IMG/VR virus record: IMGVR_UViG_3300008255_000135
Location: 5,351-69,350 of that record
Direction: 5' to 3' (one strand)
Origin: a virus
Lineage: Duplodnaviria > Caudoviricetes
Length of the DNA: 64,000 nt
Shown here in pieces: positions 44,689 through 54,579 of this stretch. Position 1 is the stretch's first letter. Every line of letters starts with the position of its first letter. Below the pieces are notes generated by a model, which ran no database searches, had not been told where the DNA came from, and was given only the letters and a program-made list of their open reading frames with translations. Both the position numbers and the translations under genes were made by a program.

Positions 44689-45407
44689 AGCGAGATGTCC
44701 TCCATGTGCCCGCAGTGGGGGCACTGGATCTCGATCGAAGTCTCGACCCCGCCGTCGACGAGGTCCATCTCGTCGATCAGCGCCATCGCGTCGGGGACAT
44801 CCAGGCCCTTCGCCCACACGCGGATCTCCGCCTTGTGGTCGAGGAGCTTCCCCTCGGGGGTGAGGACCGAGACCACCCGCTGCGCGAGCGCGGTCGTGGC
44901 TTGCTGAGTCGGTGAGAGCTGGACGGCGGACACGGTCGTGTCCTCGTCCTCGCCGACCTGGAGCTTGAAGGTGACCTCGTGGTTGAGGATCTCCGCGGTG
45001 AAGCGATTCTCCGCGCGGAAGCACTCGATCGACGGATCCGGGAGCTCGTAGACGGGGAGGTCCTTGTTGATGTCCAGGCCCCAGTCGTAGCGCTTCCGAC
45101 ACGACGGGTCCGAGCACTGGACCCGGAAGTCGTACTGCGGGCCATGCGTGGCGCAGCGGATCTGGAGAAGCGCGTAGAACCGGTCGCACATCAGGACCTT
45201 GTCCATGTGGAGCTTCTCGGCCGAGAGCCGACCCTCGTACGCGGGTCCGAGCTCCAAGGTCTCGACCCAGCAGTTGGTGAGCACCGTGCGGCTCACGCGA
45301 CGACGCTGGACCTCTTGGCGGTTGGCGAACACGTCCAGCTCCTCGCCGCGGAGACCGCGAACGACTCCCTTCAAGCCGGACGGACAGTGGATTTCGATCT
45401 GGGGCAT
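44604..45407 (-). CDS. Tail assembly chaperone / T4 gp26-like hub assembly protein
   Basis: Between tube and tape measure; CSDPSC and CPHCG zinc motifs; DRFYALLQIR. Confidence 0.85.
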   Translation of the reverse strand: MPQIEIHCPSGLKGVVRGLRGEELDVFANRQEVQRRRVSRTVLTNCWVETLELGPAYEGRLSAEKLHMDKVLMCDRFYALLQIRCATHGPQYDFRVQCSDPSCRKRYDWGLDINKDLPVYELPDPSIECFRAENRFTAEILNHEVTFKLQVGEDEDTTVSAVQLSPTQQATTALAQRVVSVLTPEGKLLDHKAEIRVWAKGLDVPDAMALIDEMDLVDGGVETSIEIQCPHCGHMEDISLPLEGEFWTPQRRRSTEGRKVRRPSRGS

Positions 45408-45438
45408 GGTCTCGTCTTCTCGTCTTCTCGGCTGGACG

Positions 45439-45471
45439 AAAAGACCCCGGAAGCCGTAGGGCCCCGGGGTC
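45439..45471 (-). terminator. Intrinsic terminator after the tail tube gene
   Basis: GACCCCGG...CCGGGGTC stem followed by TTTTCGT on the minus strand. Confidence 0.75.
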
Positions 45472-45514
45472 CGACTCTCCTAGCTCCAGCTCCACGCCAG
45501 GAGAGCCCGCGGCA

Positions 45515-45994
45515 CTAGGCCGCGAGGTTGGCGAGCCGCTTGAAGCCGGTGAACGCGAGGGTGACCATCTCCATGGTCTTCTCGCTGGCTCCACCGTCCC
45601 ACTCGCCGCCCACGAACTTTTTGGGCCAGGCCTCGGTCAAGCGCCAGCGCTTCAACACGGTGCCATCACGATCCCGGACCACGATGTCGAGGCTCCGCTT
45701 GAACTCGGGGTTCACACGCCCTGTGTTCAACGCGTAGTCCGCGACGCTCTCGAACCACTCGTAGAGGTCGGAATCGTCCGCGACGGCCCCGCGCTCCAGG
45801 GTCACGTCAGCGAAGTTGAGCAGCCCCGGGTCCTTGACCGTGGGGACCAAGTCGCCCCCCTCGCGGTACTCGACCGTGTCGAACTCGGCGCTCAGCTCGG
45901 AGCACTTGTTGAACCCGGCGTGGGCGATCCCATCGATCTCGATGGTGAACTTGAACTTGTCCTCGAACGTGCGAGGCGCTCCTGCGATCGGCAT
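45515..45994 (-). CDS. Tail tube protein (T4 gp19 family)
   Basis: FKFTIEIDG...AGFNKCSELS...YREGG...VTLERG...AWPKK. Confidence 0.95.
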   Translation of the reverse strand: MPIAGAPRTFEDKFKFTIEIDGIAHAGFNKCSELSAEFDTVEYREGGDLVPTVKDPGLLNFADVTLERGAVADDSDLYEWFESVADYALNTGRVNPEFKRSLDIVVRDRDGTVLKRWRLTEAWPKKFVGGEWDGGASEKTMEMVTLAFTGFKRLANLAA

Positions 45995-46039
45995 GGGTCA
46001 GGGGTTCCTTTCGGGGTCGGGCGGGGTCAGGGGCGAGGG

Positions 46040-48271
46040 TTAGGCCTGGGCCAGCTCTTGTTCGAGCGCCCGGGTGTCCTGGACGAACTCCAGGATCACC
46101 CAGTCGACCGTCTTCTTGGTGGCCAGCCCGACGCGGATGCGGATCTGGTTGGAGAACACCACGGCGTCCGTGTTGAGGCCCGTGCCCACGTCGATGAAGA
46201 AGGCGGTCGCGGGGTTCTTGGTTCGGAACGCGTTCAACTTCATCTGCGCGATCAGGAACCGCTCGATCGTGCGGAAGACCTCGGACCGGAGCTCCCCGTC
46301 ATGCGAGCGGTGGCGGGCGAACTGGATCCCCCGCTTGATCGACTGCTCGATGAAGATCACCCCGCGCTGCTCCGCGAGCCCCGGGAAGTTGCCGTCCGAC
46401 TTCAAGGTCCGGGTCCCGTCGACGGCGAGCGCCCCGAAGGTGTTGGAGATCGGGTTGATCAGCTTCGGGTAGACCAGGTCGCGGACGTTCTCCTTCAAGA
46501 CCTGGTGCCGCTCCGCGCCGTCGGGGTCGTCTTCGAGACCGACCACACTGCGGAGGTAGCCGAGCTCGCCCGCGGGCGCGTCGTAGACCCCACCGGGCCG
46601 GGCCGAGTCCACCCGAGCCATGAGCCCACAGATGTGGCCGGAGTTGGGAACGGTGATGTGGTCCGCGGACCCGAACACCGCCTTGTTCGGGTTGAGGATC
46701 TTGACCCGCGGCCAGAACACCCCGATGTGCTCGGAGTTGTCGATCAGTCCGGCCGTCACCTCGATGTACTGGATGATCGCCGCGGCATTCAGCGCAGCCG
46801 GCGGGTCCAAGACGGCGAACAGCGACCGGCCCCGCGTGACTTCCGCGTATTGGGTCATCGCGTTGGCGACCGCAGCCGTGGCCCGACTGGGGCAGGCGAG
46901 CAGCGTCCCGTCACTGACCACGTCGAACGCGCGGAGACCCGTGTCGCTGGCGGACGAGCCGATGAAGTCGGAGTCGGCGATCCCGCTCAGCCCATCGTCG
47001 CCGCCGGCGAGCGCGTAGTCCCCATCCTCCGGGCGGCCGGTCGTCAGCGCCGTCGCGGTGATGCGCTCGGAGCCGACCCCGGGCTGTCCCAGGACGTTCT
47101 CGACGAAGTTGGGGTCCGCCTCGACCATCGAAAGGTTGGAGAAGGTCTCGACCACGAACCCGTTCTCCAGCACGTCGAGGTTGAAGCGGGCCGCCTCCCC
47201 CGAAGTGGAGGCCTTGACGCGCGCGACCACGTTGTTGGCGTAGGACCCGAGGTACTTCGCGGTGAAGGTGAGGGTGGGGGTCGCGCTTCCGGCGGTCCCG
47301 TTCTCCGGGCCGCTGGGGAGGGCGAGCGCGGTCTGGACCCCAGTGCTGGAGGTGACTTCCAGCTCGGACGCCACCCCGGTGGTGTCGGACGTGAAGACGG
47401 GGATTCCCGAGCCCACCGCGGTCTCGGTTACGGTGAGTCCCGAGATCGCCGCCTCGACCACCGACTTGACCTCGGCGTAGGTCACCGCTGCGATGTTCCC
47501 GACGTTGCCCGAGCCGACCGCAGCAGCGGGGAAGTCGAAGGCCGCAGCCGCGGTGCCGCCGGTGACATCCACCTCGGCGGTGCTGCCCCGGCGGTCGGAG
47601 GTGATGCGCATCGCCCCGGACGAGATCGAAACGGAGCAGTCAGTGAGCTGCGCGTTCATCACGGCCAGGACCTCTGCCGCCGTAGCCGCAGTGATGTCCC
47701 CGAAGTCGGCGGTGTTGAACGTGACGGTCTGGACCGCCCCGTTGTTGATCTGGACCAGCAGGGTCTGCCCGTCGACCAGGGCGAACGGGGTGGTCTCGAC
47801 CGAGGTCAGGACCGCCGCGGTCGCGGTGAAGGTCGCGGTAACGGGCCCGCCGTTGTCCACATCGATGGCGATGCTATCCGACGGCGAAAGTAGGTATGGG
47901 GCCGCGTTTGCGGCCACGAGCTGCGCACTCGTGGCGGCGTCCGTGTCCGCGGTGATGTCCGCTTCCGCGGCCGTCAGCGTCGACGCGTCGGTGATGTCGG
48001 TGTAGTGGGCGGTCCTCACGAACCAGAGGAACTGGCCGCCTTCCTCGAAGAAGGCTTGGACCGCCGCCCACGTCTCCAGTGTGTCGGGGGTCGCCGGCCC
48101 GTGGACGTTGCGCCACGACTCGAAGTCCGTGTACTGGCGCGCGACTCCGAGGGGCCCGCGTCCTGCGAGGCCGATCATGAGTAGGACCGCCGTCGGGAGC
48201 GAGCGGATCGACCGGATGCGGGGAGTACCCCGGGTGATGATGGTCTTGGACGCGAGGAGTTCGTTTCCCAT
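46040..48271 (-). CDS. Contractile tail sheath with inserted repeat domains
   Basis: GLAGRGPLG...FFEEGGQFLWFVR; C-terminal FWPRV, VPNSG...GLMARVD, INPI, GTRTL. Confidence 0.95.
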   Translation of the reverse strand: MGNELLASKTIITRGTPRIRSIRSLPTAVLLMIGLAGRGPLGVARQYTDFESWRNVHGPATPDTLETWAAVQAFFEEGGQFLWFVRTAHYTDITDASTLTAAEADITADTDAATSAQLVAANAAPYLLSPSDSIAIDVDNGGPVTATFTATAAVLTSVETTPFALVDGQTLLVQINNGAVQTVTFNTADFGDITAATAAEVLAVMNAQLTDCSVSISSGAMRITSDRRGSTAEVDVTGGTAAAAFDFPAAAVGSGNVGNIAAVTYAEVKSVVEAAISGLTVTETAVGSGIPVFTSDTTGVASELEVTSSTGVQTALALPSGPENGTAGSATPTLTFTAKYLGSYANNVVARVKASTSGEAARFNLDVLENGFVVETFSNLSMVEADPNFVENVLGQPGVGSERITATALTTGRPEDGDYALAGGDDGLSGIADSDFIGSSASDTGLRAFDVVSDGTLLACPSRATAAVANAMTQYAEVTRGRSLFAVLDPPAALNAAAIIQYIEVTAGLIDNSEHIGVFWPRVKILNPNKAVFGSADHITVPNSGHICGLMARVDSARPGGVYDAPAGELGYLRSVVGLEDDPDGAERHQVLKENVRDLVYPKLINPISNTFGALAVDGTRTLKSDGNFPGLAEQRGVIFIEQSIKRGIQFARHRSHDGELRSEVFRTIERFLIAQMKLNAFRTKNPATAFFIDVGTGLNTDAVVFSNQIRIRVGLATKKTVDWVILEFVQDTRALEQELAQA

Positions 48272-48290
48272 GGGTCAGCTTCCTTCCAGA

Positions 48291-48656
48291 TCAGCGGCGG
48301 GGCTTCTTGCCAGCCTTCTTGTCCGAGGCCTCGATGGCCGCGGGGGGCAGGTAGTTGGCGACCACGACGAGGTCAGGACGCCGGCCCCCTCGCTTCGCGG
48401 TCAAGGCCTTGACCTGGGGGATGGTCAGCACGGACTCGGGGAGCGCTGTCGCGGTCTCTCCGGGGGCGATGGTCACCGAAGGGGGGCACGTCCGCGCTTC
48501 TTGCTTGGTCCGCTTCTCCCCCGAGACGGGGTCCAGCTCGACCGTCGACCGATGGATCACCATCCCCTGGAGACCCGGGTTCGCTCCATGCTCGCGCGCG
48601 GAGAGCTGGAGAGTGACCGGGAGGCGGGAGACGTTCTTGATGTCGACCAATCGCAT
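48291..48656 (-). CDS. Hypothetical protein preceding the sheath
   Basis: 121-aa ORF with GAGG RBS. Confidence 0.75.
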   Translation of the reverse strand: MRLVDIKNVSRLPVTLQLSAREHGANPGLQGMVIHRSTVELDPVSGEKRTKQEARTCPPSVTIAPGETATALPESVLTIPQVKALTAKRGGRRPDLVVVANYLPPAAIEASDKKAGKKPRR

Positions 48657-48661
48657 GGGGA

Positions 48662-49711
48662 CTACCTCGGCGGAGGGGAGCGGCGGCCGTAGGGCGACGC
48701 CGGCAGAGTATCGCCCGACTGCTCCGCGCGTTGCAACTGTACACCATCTTCGCCGACCACCGCTCCCACGCAGGCCGCTTTGTCGCCAACGACACCCGGG
48801 ATCCCGAGTCGAGGTAGACCCTCGACCACGACCTGACCCCGGAAGACCTTCAAGTTGGAGTTGAGCTCGGTCCCCCGCTGCTTCTCAGCGCGGAACTGGC
48901 CCCCATCCGCGAACCCGAACTCCAGCCGGAGAAGCGCATTCGGCTCAGCTGGACGGGGGGCGAACTCCAGCGCGGTGTTTCGGTCAACGAACTCCTGCAT
49001 CAGCGCGAGAAGATTCAGGAACTCCGCGTCGTTGTCGCTGTACCCCACGATGTCGAACTGGACATCATCGTATTGGTATCGCTTTTGTTGCAACACTTCC
49101 CCAGGGTTTCCCCCGGGGAGGTCAACTGTTACGGGATACCCGCCCTCGGCGAAGAACCGATTTTCGGTGAGGTCCGGCCCGAGAACAGCGATCGCCGGGA
49201 GCCGAGCCCGGTCGATCTGCGGGGTGGTCGGGTCCAAGTCATAGTCCGTGTCTGTCTCATGCGAGACATTAGGAGTGACTTCCGACTTCAAGAGACGCAA
49301 AAGATAGCGGACCAGCTCCGAGAGCGGAGAGGGGTTCGCCCCTGAGATGTCGGGGCGGTGGTACTCGTAGCCGTCGACGAGGGTCACGGTCTCCCCCGCC
49401 ACCAGTGCCCCGGCCGTGTCGAGGTTGCGGAGGACCACGTCCACCTCCAGATCCGCCAGCGGGCGGCCCTGCCCATCGACCAGGGTCCCCTTGGGGACCA
49501 CGGCGAAGCAGCGGGTGGAGCTCACGACCATGACGCGTGGGCTCGCGCGGGGACCGAAGTACACCTCGACCGTCGGCGAGGCCGGAGGGACGGGACCCGT
49601 GGCTGGGGGGGCACTCGGGAGGGCGAACCCCGTCCCCACGATCGTCACGAGGTTGCCGCCCATGGACGGGCCAATCGCAGGAGTGATCGACGCAATAGTT
49701 GGGATCGCCAT
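48662..49711 (-). CDS. IPT/TIG-domain tail terminator-like protein
   Basis: PTIASITPAIGPSMGGNLVTIVGTGF IPT motif; neck position. Confidence 0.8.
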   Translation of the reverse strand: MAIPTIASITPAIGPSMGGNLVTIVGTGFALPSAPPATGPVPPASPTVEVYFGPRASPRVMVVSSTRCFAVVPKGTLVDGQGRPLADLEVDVVLRNLDTAGALVAGETVTLVDGYEYHRPDISGANPSPLSELVRYLLRLLKSEVTPNVSHETDTDYDLDPTTPQIDRARLPAIAVLGPDLTENRFFAEGGYPVTVDLPGGNPGEVLQQKRYQYDDVQFDIVGYSDNDAEFLNLLALMQEFVDRNTALEFAPRPAEPNALLRLEFGFADGGQFRAEKQRGTELNSNLKVFRGQVVVEGLPRLGIPGVVGDKAACVGAVVGEDGVQLQRAEQSGDTLPASPYGRRSPPPR

Positions 49712-49714
49712 GCG

Positions 49715-50332
49715 CTACTTGACCTCGACCAAGTTCCCGAACTGGGTGCGCAGCTTCATGCTGATCCGGTTCTTGACCCGCCGCTCGGTCGCCGAGTCCT
49801 GGAAGTGGGCGTCCTTGGTCGACTGCAAGAAGGACCGCTGGGGGATCTTGATCACCAGGGTCCCGCCCGGCCGGAAGGCTCCCGTTCCCCCGCCCTTCTT
49901 GCCTCCGAGCTTGTTCAGAGAGGCCATCACGAACCGGTGCATTTTCGGGGTGATCTTCATCACAATCACCCGGCCTTCCTCGTGGACCTGGCCGATCGAC
50001 ACCATCGACTTCCCGTCTTTGGTCCGCACGTTGCTCGGGACGCCCGCGAGGAAGACCCGGGGGGCGACCTTCTTCACGGTGATCGCCCCCATCAGGTCCC
50101 CCGAGTTGATCAGCGGCTTAGAGCTCCCCTTCCGGCCGATCGTCAGCGGAGAGTTCGGGGCCCACTTCGCGCCGTTGGACTTGCCGCTGGTCTTGAAGCA
50201 GGTCTTGACCTTGCGGACGAAATACTGGGCCTCCTGCTCCACAGCCTCCATCAGCGCGACTCGGTACGCGCGATCGACCTGGGGCAGAAGCCTCCGCGCC
50301 TTCTGCCAATCGCCGATCTTCTTGCCCGCCAT
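49715..50332 (-). CDS. Virion morphogenesis / tail completion protein
   Basis: WAPNSP.T...KGSSKPLINSGDL...IPQRSFL. Confidence 0.85.
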   Translation of the reverse strand: MAGKKIGDWQKARRLLPQVDRAYRVALMEAVEQEAQYFVRKVKTCFKTSGKSNGAKWAPNSPLTIGRKGSSKPLINSGDLMGAITVKKVAPRVFLAGVPSNVRTKDGKSMVSIGQVHEEGRVIVMKITPKMHRFVMASLNKLGGKKGGGTGAFRPGGTLVIKIPQRSFLQSTKDAHFQDSATERRVKNRISMKLRTQFGNLVEVK

Positions 50333-50344
50333 GGGGCGAGTGTA

Positions 50345-50848
50345 TCAGGCTTCCGACCCCGACCGAGCCCGCCGGCGGAACGAGACCAGGAGCAGGTTCT
50401 GTGCGCGGCCGCTCAACCCCAAGCTGCGCGGGACCGCCTCGGTCACGACCAGGTCCAGGCTGGAGTCGCCCACCGGCATCCCGTCTGCGTCGAAGATGCG
50501 GCCCAGCTTGTCCCCCTTCTGGATCAGCGCTCGACCGGTCGTCGCGTCGACCAGCCCATGGTCCTCCAAGTCGCGGAAGTGGAACACCAGCTTGACCTCC
50601 GCGGTGGGATCGTCCCCGGTGGCCTTCATCGTCAGGGCGTCGAACGGATCGCCCTCCGTCTCCACCTGGCAGTCGAGCTCAACCGCGGGGTGGTAGACCC
50701 GGGACGTGGTCCCGTCGGCGGCCTTCAACGGCTCGCGGAAGTCGTGGTCGTAGCCCACCGCGCCGGGCCCGTTCTCCGCGGTCGCCGCGGTGTCAAGACG
50801 CAGGACCTCCGCGGTGAAGATCCAGATCAGCCGCCCGCGGTACCCCAT
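50345..50848 (-). CDS. Head closure protein
   Basis: Position after the adaptor; beta-rich; TGATG coupling. Confidence 0.65.
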   Translation of the reverse strand: MGYRGRLIWIFTAEVLRLDTAATAENGPGAVGYDHDFREPLKAADGTTSRVYHPAVELDCQVETEGDPFDALTMKATGDDPTAEVKLVFHFRDLEDHGLVDATTGRALIQKGDKLGRIFDADGMPVGDSSLDLVVTEAVPRSLGLSGRAQNLLLVSFRRRARSGSEA

Positions 50849-51924
50849 CAGACTGCCGCCATGGGCATAGGGCCGATGTACATCGAGAGGATCCGGTCGA
50901 TCTCCGGGTCCCCGGTGATCCAGCCCGCCGAGAGGGCGCCGGCGTTCTGGTACCCGAACTGGACGGACTGGTCTCGGGTCCGCTCCCCCGTGACCACGCC
51001 GCCCTGGGTACCTCGGCGGCCGGCCTTGAAGTCGCTCCACAGCGGCCGGATGTCCCGCATGGCCAGCATCATGACGACGCGGCTGAGCTGCGCGGGAGTG
51101 CGGCCGAGTGGGCTCCCGTCGGGGTCGGTATACCCCCAGTACCCGGCGACCTGGATGTTGAGCTGCGCGGGCGTGAACCGGCGGGAGAGCGCGGGGAAGC
51201 GGGGGGTGTTGGCGAGCGCGTCCTCGATCCGAAGGATGGCGAGTTTGGGGGACTCGCGGTCGTCGGGCTCCATCAATCCGCGCATGTGGCGGTTGTAGAC
51301 CCGGACGTTCTCGCGGCCGAGGAAGCGGGCGATCGGCCGGAAGTCGGAGTAGGTGACCTCCAGGTCCTCGACCCCGATCACCGGAATGTTGAACTGGAGC
51401 TGGATCCCCCGCCCCGAGCCATCGTGCTGAGTCACCAGGTAGCGGGGCTCGAAGAACCGCCGGCAGACCTGCTCCACGAACCTCGACTGGCGCTCGATCG
51501 CTTCGGAGATCTGGGCGTCCGAGAACGCCACCGGGACACCCTCGGCGCGCAGCTGGGACACGAGGGCGTAGCCGTCGGGGATAGGCTCACCGACGGCGAG
51601 GACGGGGACGGTGGTGACCGACTCGACCCAGGGGTCCGCCGTCTCCCGCTTGGCCCGCCAATGGACCGTCCAGCTCCCGAGCGCCCCCAAAGCGGGGATC
51701 GTGATCGTCGGCGCGTAGGTGCCCACGCGCACGCGGGAAGCGACGAGATCCAGCGCTGTCCAGGGGACCGACTCCGCCCCGAGCGCGTCGACGACTCGGT
51801 ACTCCAGCGCTTCCACATCGACCACAAACCCCGGGTCCGCCTGGTCGAACCGGGCCTCCACGTGGACGTAGACCACGACCGGATTGCTCGGGGACGACAC
51901 GGCGCCGCGGTTGAGCGCTAGCAT
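50848..51924 (-). CDS. Head-tail adaptor with N-terminal Ig-like domain
   Basis: EAIERQSRFVEQVCRRFFEP, NIQVAGYWGY, GDPEIDRILSMY. Confidence 0.85.
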   Translation of the reverse strand: MLALNRGAVSSPSNPVVVYVHVEARFDQADPGFVVDVEALEYRVVDALGAESVPWTALDLVASRVRVGTYAPTITIPALGALGSWTVHWRAKRETADPWVESVTTVPVLAVGEPIPDGYALVSQLRAEGVPVAFSDAQISEAIERQSRFVEQVCRRFFEPRYLVTQHDGSGRGIQLQFNIPVIGVEDLEVTYSDFRPIARFLGRENVRVYNRHMRGLMEPDDRESPKLAILRIEDALANTPRFPALSRRFTPAQLNIQVAGYWGYTDPDGSPLGRTPAQLSRVVMMLAMRDIRPLWSDFKAGRRGTQGGVVTGERTRDQSVQFGYQNAGALSAGWITGDPEIDRILSMYIGPMPMAAV

Positions 51925-51938
51925 GGGGCCACGATAGC

Positions 51939-51970
51939 AAAAGAAGCGGCCCCGGTCGCCCGGAGCCGCT
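51939..51970 (-). terminator. Intrinsic terminator
   Basis: AGCGGCTCCGG-GCGA-CCGGGGCCGCT followed by TCTTTT on the minus strand. Confidence 0.75.
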
Positions 51971-52031
51971 CTACACCAACAGGCCCCCGAGGGTTGGGGG
52001 AGACGAGAATCCTGCGCGGTGCAGGCCCAGT

Positions 52032-52553
52032 CTACTTGGTCTGCGAGCGTCGGCGCGAGGCCTTCTTCTTGGCCTCGACCGCCTTGGAGCTCGCGGGCTC
52101 CTCGGGCTCGTCCTTCTCGGGGGCGAACTCGGCGTCGAAGTCCTCGTCCTCGTCGCGCTTGCGGCGGGGTTTGAGGATCGCCTCCAGGTCGTCGTCCGTC
52201 CCCTCGTCGGAGTGGTTCCGGGCCTCGGCGATCTCGCGGGCCCGGGCGAACTCGCGGCCCCGCACGTCGGGGGCTCGGGAAGCGGGAAGCGCCTGCCCGG
52301 CCATGGGGGCGAGCTCGTCCAACTTCTCGGCTTCCTCGATCTCGACCACGTCGAAGATCTCGGACCCGGTGTCGGGGTGCTGGAGCTTCGCCAGCTCCTC
52401 GCCCACGACGCGATCGACCTTGTACCAACCCACGTCGATGTCGAAGCGCTTCCCCATGTAGGTGTAGCGGCGACAGACCTGGCCCTTGCGCGGCTCGTAC
52501 TCCTTGATTCGGGCCGCAACCTTCTTGTTTTGGTTCATCTCTTGCATCTCCAT
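52032..52553 (-). CDS. Hypothetical protein
   Basis: 173-aa charged ORF between two terminators. Confidence 0.75.
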   Translation of the reverse strand: MEMQEMNQNKKVAARIKEYEPRKGQVCRRYTYMGKRFDIDVGWYKVDRVVGEELAKLQHPDTGSEIFDVVEIEEAEKLDELAPMAGQALPASRAPDVRGREFARAREIAEARNHSDEGTDDDLEAILKPRRKRDEDEDFDAEFAPEKDEPEEPASSKAVEAKKKASRRRSQTK

Positions 52554-52594
52554 GCCCGCGGTTCTCTCCGCGGATTGTGTGAGTTTCAGGAACG

Positions 52595-52626
52595 AAAATG
52601 GGGGCTGACCCCTCGGTCAGCCCCCA
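52595..52626 (-). terminator. Intrinsic terminator after the capsid block
   Basis: 12-bp perfect stem TGGGGGCTGACC/GGTCAGCCCCCA, then TTTTCGTT on the minus strand. Confidence 0.8.
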
Positions 52627-52658
52627 CTGTATCAGCGTGGGACAGTTCGGTCTAGGCG

Positions 52659-53120
52659 CTAGGCCGCGACCAGCCCGGACCCAGTGCCGATCGCCACCCA
52701 CCCGGTCGCTCCGGGGACCTTCATCACCTTGCACCATTCGCCGTTGGAGTTGAGGGTGATGTCCCCCGCGACCCCGTTGATCGTGTCGGCTCCCGCCGCG
52801 ACCACGATCAGGGTGTTGGAGGTGTTGGCGTCGATGTCGATGAACGTGTGGGTCCAGCCGTCGGGCGCGTCCGCGAACACCGGGAGGGTGTAGGTCCGAG
52901 CTGCCCCCGCGTTGACGGTCACGCCGCGGCTCGCCGCCTTGACGGCCGCAGCCGTCGCGGCCGAGAGGTCCACGCTCGCGGACAACGAGGCGTAGGCCTC
53001 GGCGTCTTGGGCCGCCGCGTTGAGCAGGGAGGCCAGCGGAGCGCCACCCTCCGACTCGTCGATGGGGGTGATCCGGCGAGCCGCCTCGAAGTAGTTGGGG
53101 TCGATGGGTAGATTGGACAT
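52659..53120 (-). CDS. Capsid decoration / head fibre-like protein
   Basis: RTYTLP...DTINGVAGDITL beta-rich domain; follows the capsid genes. Confidence 0.6.
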   Translation of the reverse strand: MSNLPIDPNYFEAARRITPIDESEGGAPLASLLNAAAQDAEAYASLSASVDLSAATAAAVKAASRGVTVNAGAARTYTLPVFADAPDGWTHTFIDIDANTSNTLIVVAAGADTINGVAGDITLNSNGEWCKVMKVPGATGWVAIGTGSGLVAA

Positions 53121-53170
53121 CGTCGGGTCCTTGAAGCCCGCCCGGGTCGCAACCCGGGCAGACGGTCAGG

Positions 53171-53506
53171 CTACTGCGAGAAGACCACCACGTGGCAGCG
53201 AGCGCCCGAGAGGTCCCCCGCCGAGACCGCGGCACCGTTGGCGATGGCGTACATCTCCAGGGTGTCGGCGGTGGAGTCGTAGTGGAGGACGTGCGAGATC
53301 GCCCCGGAGGTGATCGCATAGCCGTGGATGCCGGTGATGGTCACCTGGTCCCCGACCAGCTCGCGGATGAAGGCCTGGAAGTCCGCCGACCCAGCCGCGG
53401 GGTACGCCGCGTCGCCGTTGAACTCGACCTTGTGGATGATGTTCGCGCGCTGGGTGGTCTCGCCCTGCTCCGCGATGATGGTGGCCCCGGTGGTGGTGAG
53501 TGCCAT
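53171..53506 (-). CDS. Probable capsid decoration protein
   Basis: 111-aa ORF directly after the major capsid gene. Confidence 0.6.
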   Translation of the reverse strand: MALTTTGATIIAEQGETTQRANIIHKVEFNGDAAYPAAGSADFQAFIRELVGDQVTITGIHGYAITSGAISHVLHYDSTADTLEMYAIANGAAVSAGDLSGARCHVVVFSQ

Positions 53507-53565
53507 GGTGGTTTCTCAGTCCTTTCGCTCGTAGCGGAGTGGGAGGTGGTCGTGGGAGCCGCGGA

Positions 53566-54525
53566 TTAGGCGACCTTGATGTTGGTCGCCTTCACGACCG
53601 CGGGCTCGTGCGCGAACTTCACGTCCCAGCGGACGGTCATGACCATGATGATCTCGCCGGCGGAGATGTCCTTGTCCGTCTCCAGCCGGAGCTGACGCTG
53701 GACGCCGAAGGTGATGTTCTTGGGGTCGAGGAACAGGGCGACGGTCTCGTCGTTGCCGCTCCCGAGCGTCTCCGGCCACAAGGGGACCGGCTCGACCGGG
53801 GTGCCGGTGTAGTGGACGGTCGCGGTGGAGGCCGCGAAGGCCCCGAGCGCTTGGTCGCCGGAGCTGGTCTGGCGGTTGGCGATCGAGTCGCGGTAGTCGA
53901 TCTCGGCGTCGACCGAGGTCAGGTAGACCATGTCCGCGCGGTTCACGAGGAACTCGCTCGGCATCGCCTTCTGCATGTCGCGGAGGGTCGCCTTGTTGAG
54001 CGAGGTCCCGCCGGCGTTGACGAGGTTCGAGGTCGCCTGCTTGATGATCCCGTCGAACTTGTTGAGGTCGGGATCAGCGCTCGCGGTGTCGGAGAGGATC
54101 GAGATCTCCTCCATGTCGCGGGCGACGGCGCCGGACATCAGCTGCATGACCGTGTTGGCCAGCTGGTCCCGCTCGATCGAGTCTTCGAGGACCTCGGTCC
54201 CCAGACGGATCTCCGCCTTGTAGAGACTCGTGTCGAGCTCGACCTGCGAGAGGTCGGGCTTGCTGCGGAGCGCGGTGGGCAGCGCCTTCTGGCTCTGCGC
54301 CGCGTGGAGGATGCGGCTCCCGAAGCGGATCTTGTTGACCTCCGCCTTGGGGGACTTCATCGGCTGGACCGTGCTCATCCCCATCAGGGGCGCACGCTTG
54401 ATCAGGATCCGCACGAACCGTGCCGCCTGCTCGGGGACCAGGAGGCCGCCGTCGAGCAACAGGTCTTGCAGCGACAGGTCCGCCTTCTCCAGTAGGGTCT
54501 TGTTGTCGGTGAGACCGTGGGACAT
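53566..54525 (-). CDS. Major capsid protein (HK97 fold)
   Basis: GGLLVPEQAARF, LGTEVLEDSIE, FDGIIKQA, PKNITFGVQRQLRLE. Confidence 0.93.
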   Translation of the reverse strand: MSHGLTDNKTLLEKADLSLQDLLLDGGLLVPEQAARFVRILIKRAPLMGMSTVQPMKSPKAEVNKIRFGSRILHAAQSQKALPTALRSKPDLSQVELDTSLYKAEIRLGTEVLEDSIERDQLANTVMQLMSGAVARDMEEISILSDTASADPDLNKFDGIIKQATSNLVNAGGTSLNKATLRDMQKAMPSEFLVNRADMVYLTSVDAEIDYRDSIANRQTSSGDQALGAFAASTATVHYTGTPVEPVPLWPETLGSGNDETVALFLDPKNITFGVQRQLRLETDKDISAGEIIMVMTVRWDVKFAHEPAVVKATNIKVA

Positions 54526-54579
54526 CAGATTCGTTCCTCTTGTAGTTTCCTGGGGGTGGGGTGGGGTGCAGGTCGGGCC

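Noticed and set aside
38572-48271. Extracellular contractile injection system (Afp/PVC-like) rather than a phage
   Set aside because: Portal, protease, capsid, tape measure and a replisome are all present
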